NCBI RefSeq assembly: GCF_011745625.1
Contig: NW_027191464.1
Coordinates: 372,001 to 436,000 of the forward strand
From: Cladosporium halotolerans
Taxonomy: Eukaryota
Direction of reading: 5' to 3'
Length of the DNA stretch: 64,000 nucleotides
The notes beneath the pieces were generated by a model that was given only the letters and a program-made list of their open reading frames with translations, searched no databases and had not been told where the DNA came from. Shown here piece after piece: positions 60,693 through 64,000 of the stretch. Every line of letters begins with the position of its first letter. Within the stretch, counting starts at the first letter, position 1. A program made the translations under genes and the position numbers.

Positions 60693-62480
60693 ATGGGGTT
60701 GCTCAATCAGCTCAGGCGCAATGAGCCTCCTGCACCTCATCATGGCGACAATGCGCACGACGCCAGTGGCACCCACTCGTCGGCTGAGCTTGAGAAGAAC
60801 GGCATTGACACTCACAGTCCCGTCAAGCTGCTGACGCCCCGAATTTTCGCCATGGTCATGATCGTGTCCATTGGTGGACTTATCTTCGGCTACGACACTG
60901 GTCAGATCTCCGGTTTCCTGGAGATGGAAGACTTCTTGATGCGATTCGGTGACCAAACCAATGCTGATGGTAGCCCTGCATTCTCAAAAGTCCGCTCTGG
61001 TACTATTGTCGGTTTGCTGTCTATCGGTACTCTCATTGGAGCTATCATCGGCGCCCCCATTGCAGATGCATTCGGCAGAAGGCTGGCCATTGTCTGGTGG
61101 AACATCATCTTTTGCGTCGGTGTGATCATTCAGATGACCACTCTGACCACATGGTACCAAGTCGCTCTGGGTCGTTGGGTTGCCGGATTGGGCGTTGGTG
61201 CTCTTTCCGTCCTCACGCCTATGTACCAGTCCGAGACTGCCCCTCGCCAGATCCGTGGTAGCATGGTCTCTTGCTACCAACTCTTCATCACTCTCGGCAT
61301 TTTCATCGCCTACTGCATCAATTACGGCACCAAGACTGACAACACGCCGGCTTCGTGGCGCATCCCTATGGGTGTTGGCTTCATTTGGTCGGTCATTATG
61401 GCTGTCGGCATTATGTTCCTTCGCGAGTCGCCCCGTTGGGAATACCGCAAGGGTCGTGTCCAGTCTGCGCGTACTACTATCGCCAAGTCTTACGGTGTAC
61501 CGGAGAACCACTGGGAAGTCGACCGCGAGGTTCGTGAAATCCAAGCCAAGCTTGATGCCGAGAACGCTGGTGGCGGAAAGCACCCCTGGTATGAAGTATT
61601 CACCGGTCCTCGCATGATGTACCGCACCCTTCTCGGTATCTCCATGCAAGCGCTGCAGCAGCTCACCGGCGCCAACTTCTTTTTCTATTACGGCACGACA
61701 ATTTTCACTGCAACCGGTCTCGACGACTCGTTCCAGACCTCGATGATTCTTGGAGCTGTGAACTTCGTCATGACTATCCCCGGTACTTTCGTCGTCGAGC
61801 GTTTTGGCCGCAGACGTGCCCTGATTACCGGCGGCCTCTGGATGTTCTGCTGCTTCCTGGTCTTCGCCTCAGTCGGCCACTTTGCACTTGACCAAGTCGA
61901 CCCAACCAACACTCCCACGCCCGGCAAAGTCATGATCGCCTTCGCGTGCCTTTTCATCGCCGGCTACGCCATGACCTGGGCCCCCATCGTCTGGGCTATC
62001 GTTGGTGAACTTTACCCAACCCGCTACAGAGCCACTGCCATGGGTCTCGCTACGGCCTCGAACTGGACATGGAACTTCCTTATCTCCTTCTTTACGCCCT
62101 TCATCACCGGTGCGATTGACTATCGCTATGGCTACGTTTTCGCGGCCTGCAACTTTCTTGGCGCAGTGGTTGTCTACTTCTTCCTATGCGAAACCCGCGG
62201 CCGCAGTCTGGAGGAGATCGACACCATGTACATCCTCCACGTGTCGCCGCGAAAGAGCACCAACTGGGTTCCGCCCCAGGGCGAGGACCTCGTCACCGCC
62301 GACGCATTACACTTGGCTCCTGGCGCGAGGAACATTCGCAAAGCCGACGCCGCAGGTATGGAGGGTGAACAGCGCATTGACTCTATTCCGGCGCCGACTG
62401 CGCAGCACGGCATCCATGATGTCTCCGGTACCGACTACGCGGCGGAGTCGGGTGGTGTGCGCGGACAGTCTGTTTATTAG
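60693..62480 (+). CDS. MFS sugar porter (hexose transporter), intronless
   Basis: GGLIFGYDTG, DAFGRR, PMYQSETAP..RG, RESPRW, QQLTGANFFFYYG, ETRGRSLEEID. ATG at 60693. Confidence 0.95.
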   Translation: MGLLNQLRRNEPPAPHHGDNAHDASGTHSSAELEKNGIDTHSPVKLLTPRIFAMVMIVSIGGLIFGYDTGQISGFLEMEDFLMRFGDQTNADGSPAFSKVRSGTIVGLLSIGTLIGAIIGAPIADAFGRRLAIVWWNIIFCVGVIIQMTTLTTWYQVALGRWVAGLGVGALSVLTPMYQSETAPRQIRGSMVSCYQLFITLGIFIAYCINYGTKTDNTPASWRIPMGVGFIWSVIMAVGIMFLRESPRWEYRKGRVQSARTTIAKSYGVPENHWEVDREVREIQAKLDAENAGGGKHPWYEVFTGPRMMYRTLLGISMQALQQLTGANFFFYYGTTIFTATGLDDSFQTSMILGAVNFVMTIPGTFVVERFGRRRALITGGLWMFCCFLVFASVGHFALDQVDPTNTPTPGKVMIAFACLFIAGYAMTWAPIVWAIVGELYPTRYRATAMGLATASNWTWNFLISFFTPFITGAIDYRYGYVFAACNFLGAVVVYFFLCETRGRSLEEIDTMYILHVSPRKSTNWVPPQGEDLVTADALHLAPGARNIRKADAAGMEGEQRIDSIPAPTAQHGIHDVSGTDYAAESGGVRGQSVY

Positions 62481-63273
62481 TGATGCGATTTAGAAGACGA
62501 TGATACCATGGTTTGTGAGGCATAGATAATCTTTCGTTTTCTATTAGTTCTTACGGAGTGAATTCAGCATTTCATACCGCCTCTTAAACCTTCTTCGATG
62601 TGTTGTATTAGTAATCGTCTGCAAACTAAGATTGCTGAGCATCAAATTCCAGACTTCAATTTGCGTGAAGCATTGCTCCCATGAATCCAAAGACATTGGA
62701 TATTGGCACACGTGGTTGGCCGATGATCCGACGCCACGGCTTGCAGATCGGTCGTCATCAACGTCTGACGTCCGATCTTCAAGACAGCGATCGTCTTTGC
62801 GCATCAAGAGCCGCAAAACGATTGCTTCGCTTCTTCCATCAAACGTTCTTCATGTTTTCAATCTCGCGTCTGAGTCAAGAGTCATATGATATGGCATCCC
62901 ACTCCATACCGCATCCGCCTGGGCCAAGACACGCAGCGCGCCAATACAATGTCATTTCTTATTGGTGCGGCCGATGAAATACCAGCCGCCCGCTCTCGGC
63001 TCTGCACGCCCTTCGCCTAGCGCGGGGCCATCCACCAGACAGATCTCGTCGATCAAAAGGGAAGAGTGGTTCGTGACTCTTCTTCTTTCGGGTTTGCTCG
63101 ACTTTCACTGACTGAAGAGCCTTCTCTCTCTGGCAATTTTGTGCATTTTGCTCATGTATCTGTATACCCTGTGCACTTCCACCACCATCGCATCTTCATA
63201 GCTTCTATATTCTCCTGTATTCATGACGCCACACCTGCTTCTCAAGTTGCACGCCAGAACCTGAGAACGTAGA

Positions 63274-64000
63274 ATGACCACGCCACCGCCGAAGTCGGAG
63301 CTCACGGCTGACAAAGCTCTATTGGCCAACTATTCAGAAGACCAGGCATCACCTACGGAATATCACATCGTATCAGGATCCAGAGGCAGATCGCAGAGCA
63401 CGAAGAAAGATGCCGCGGATCAATCGCAGAAACACCTTCGCGCCCCGTCGAGCCGGCCGGCGAGGCCGATGTCTCCGGATGCTTCATCAATCCTCTCAAC
63501 GGACGAGTACGAGCAATTAGCACCGCAACGATCGAGAAGCCAGCCTTCGCAAATCCACTCTTCAGCGGAGCGATCCGAGGAGCAGAGTGAAAGTTGGAGA
63601 TCACGCCTTCGAACGCTATGGACCCGCAACAAAGGCATCGCGTATATGCTGATGGCCCAGGTGTTCGGCGTTTTGATGAACGTCACGACTCGCCTTCTGG
63701 AAGTTGAAGGCAACAAAGGCAAGGGCCTGCATCCTTTTCAGATTCTCTTCGCGCGCATGGCTATCACCGTCGTCCTGGCTTCTGCTTGGATGTGGTACAA
63801 GAAGACGCCGGATTTTCGTTTAGGCAAGCCAGAGGTCCGTTGGCTCCTGGTTGCTCGTGGACTTTCGGGCTTCTTTGGCGTATGGGGAATGTATACGTCT
63901 TTACAGTATCTTCCTCTAGCTGACTGCACTGTCCTGACCTTTCTGGCGCCAGGTCTGGTGTGCTGGCTCTGTGCGGTTTTGCTGAAGGAGCCCTTTACCC
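63274..64000 (+). CDS. EamA/DMT-family membrane transporter (runs off the window)
   Basis: Open frame from ATG 63274 to the window end: NKGIAYMLMAQVFG..MN, HPFQILFARM, LLVARGLSGFFG, SLQYLPLAD.TVLTFLAP, LLKEPFT. Confidence 0.88.
   Translation, partial: MTTPPPKSELTADKALLANYSEDQASPTEYHIVSGSRGRSQSTKKDAADQSQKHLRAPSSRPARPMSPDASSILSTDEYEQLAPQRSRSQPSQIHSSAERSEEQSESWRSRLRTLWTRNKGIAYMLMAQVFGVLMNVTTRLLEVEGNKGKGLHPFQILFARMAITVVLASAWMWYKKTPDFRLGKPEVRWLLVARGLSGFFGVWGMYTSLQYLPLADCTVLTFLAPGLVCWLCAVLLKEPFT

Overview
Gene-dense eukaryotic DNA from a filamentous ascomycete: short GT-AG introns with CTRAC branch sites and Pezizomycotina-type proteins. A Dothideomycete of the Mycosphaerellales/Capnodiales is inferred but not proven. 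About 25 protein-coding loci can be reconstructed by hand. They include a GH67 alpha-glucuronidase, a small secreted Cys-rich protein, CCZ1, RQC1/TCF25, an intronless PDR ABC transporter, PTC5, RPL31, PNK1, RPS23, two Dal5/Tna1-type MFS permeases, DOT5, SMN, NOP15, a UBA-UBX protein, SCS2/VAP, Tctex-1, a Zn2Cys6 regulator, a 5-oxoprolinase/hydantoinase, VTC1, a SesB-like hydrolase with an internal stop, a hexose transporter and a partial EamA transporter. There is also an intron-containing tRNA-Asp(GUC). The most unusual signals are: (1) the tRNA-Asp 3' end plus its ~70-nt trailer occurs three times in tandem, each copy ending in a co-varying 9-bp hairpin and an oligo-T tract; (2) a 3-nt micro-exon in an MFS gene; (3) a permease-regulator-oxoprolinase mini-cluster; (4) a structured, telobox/TATA-preceded non-coding segment upstream of CCZ1; (5) a palindromic CGG-N12-CCG element upstream of the PDR pump. 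All family calls come from recognising motifs by eye; no searches were run.
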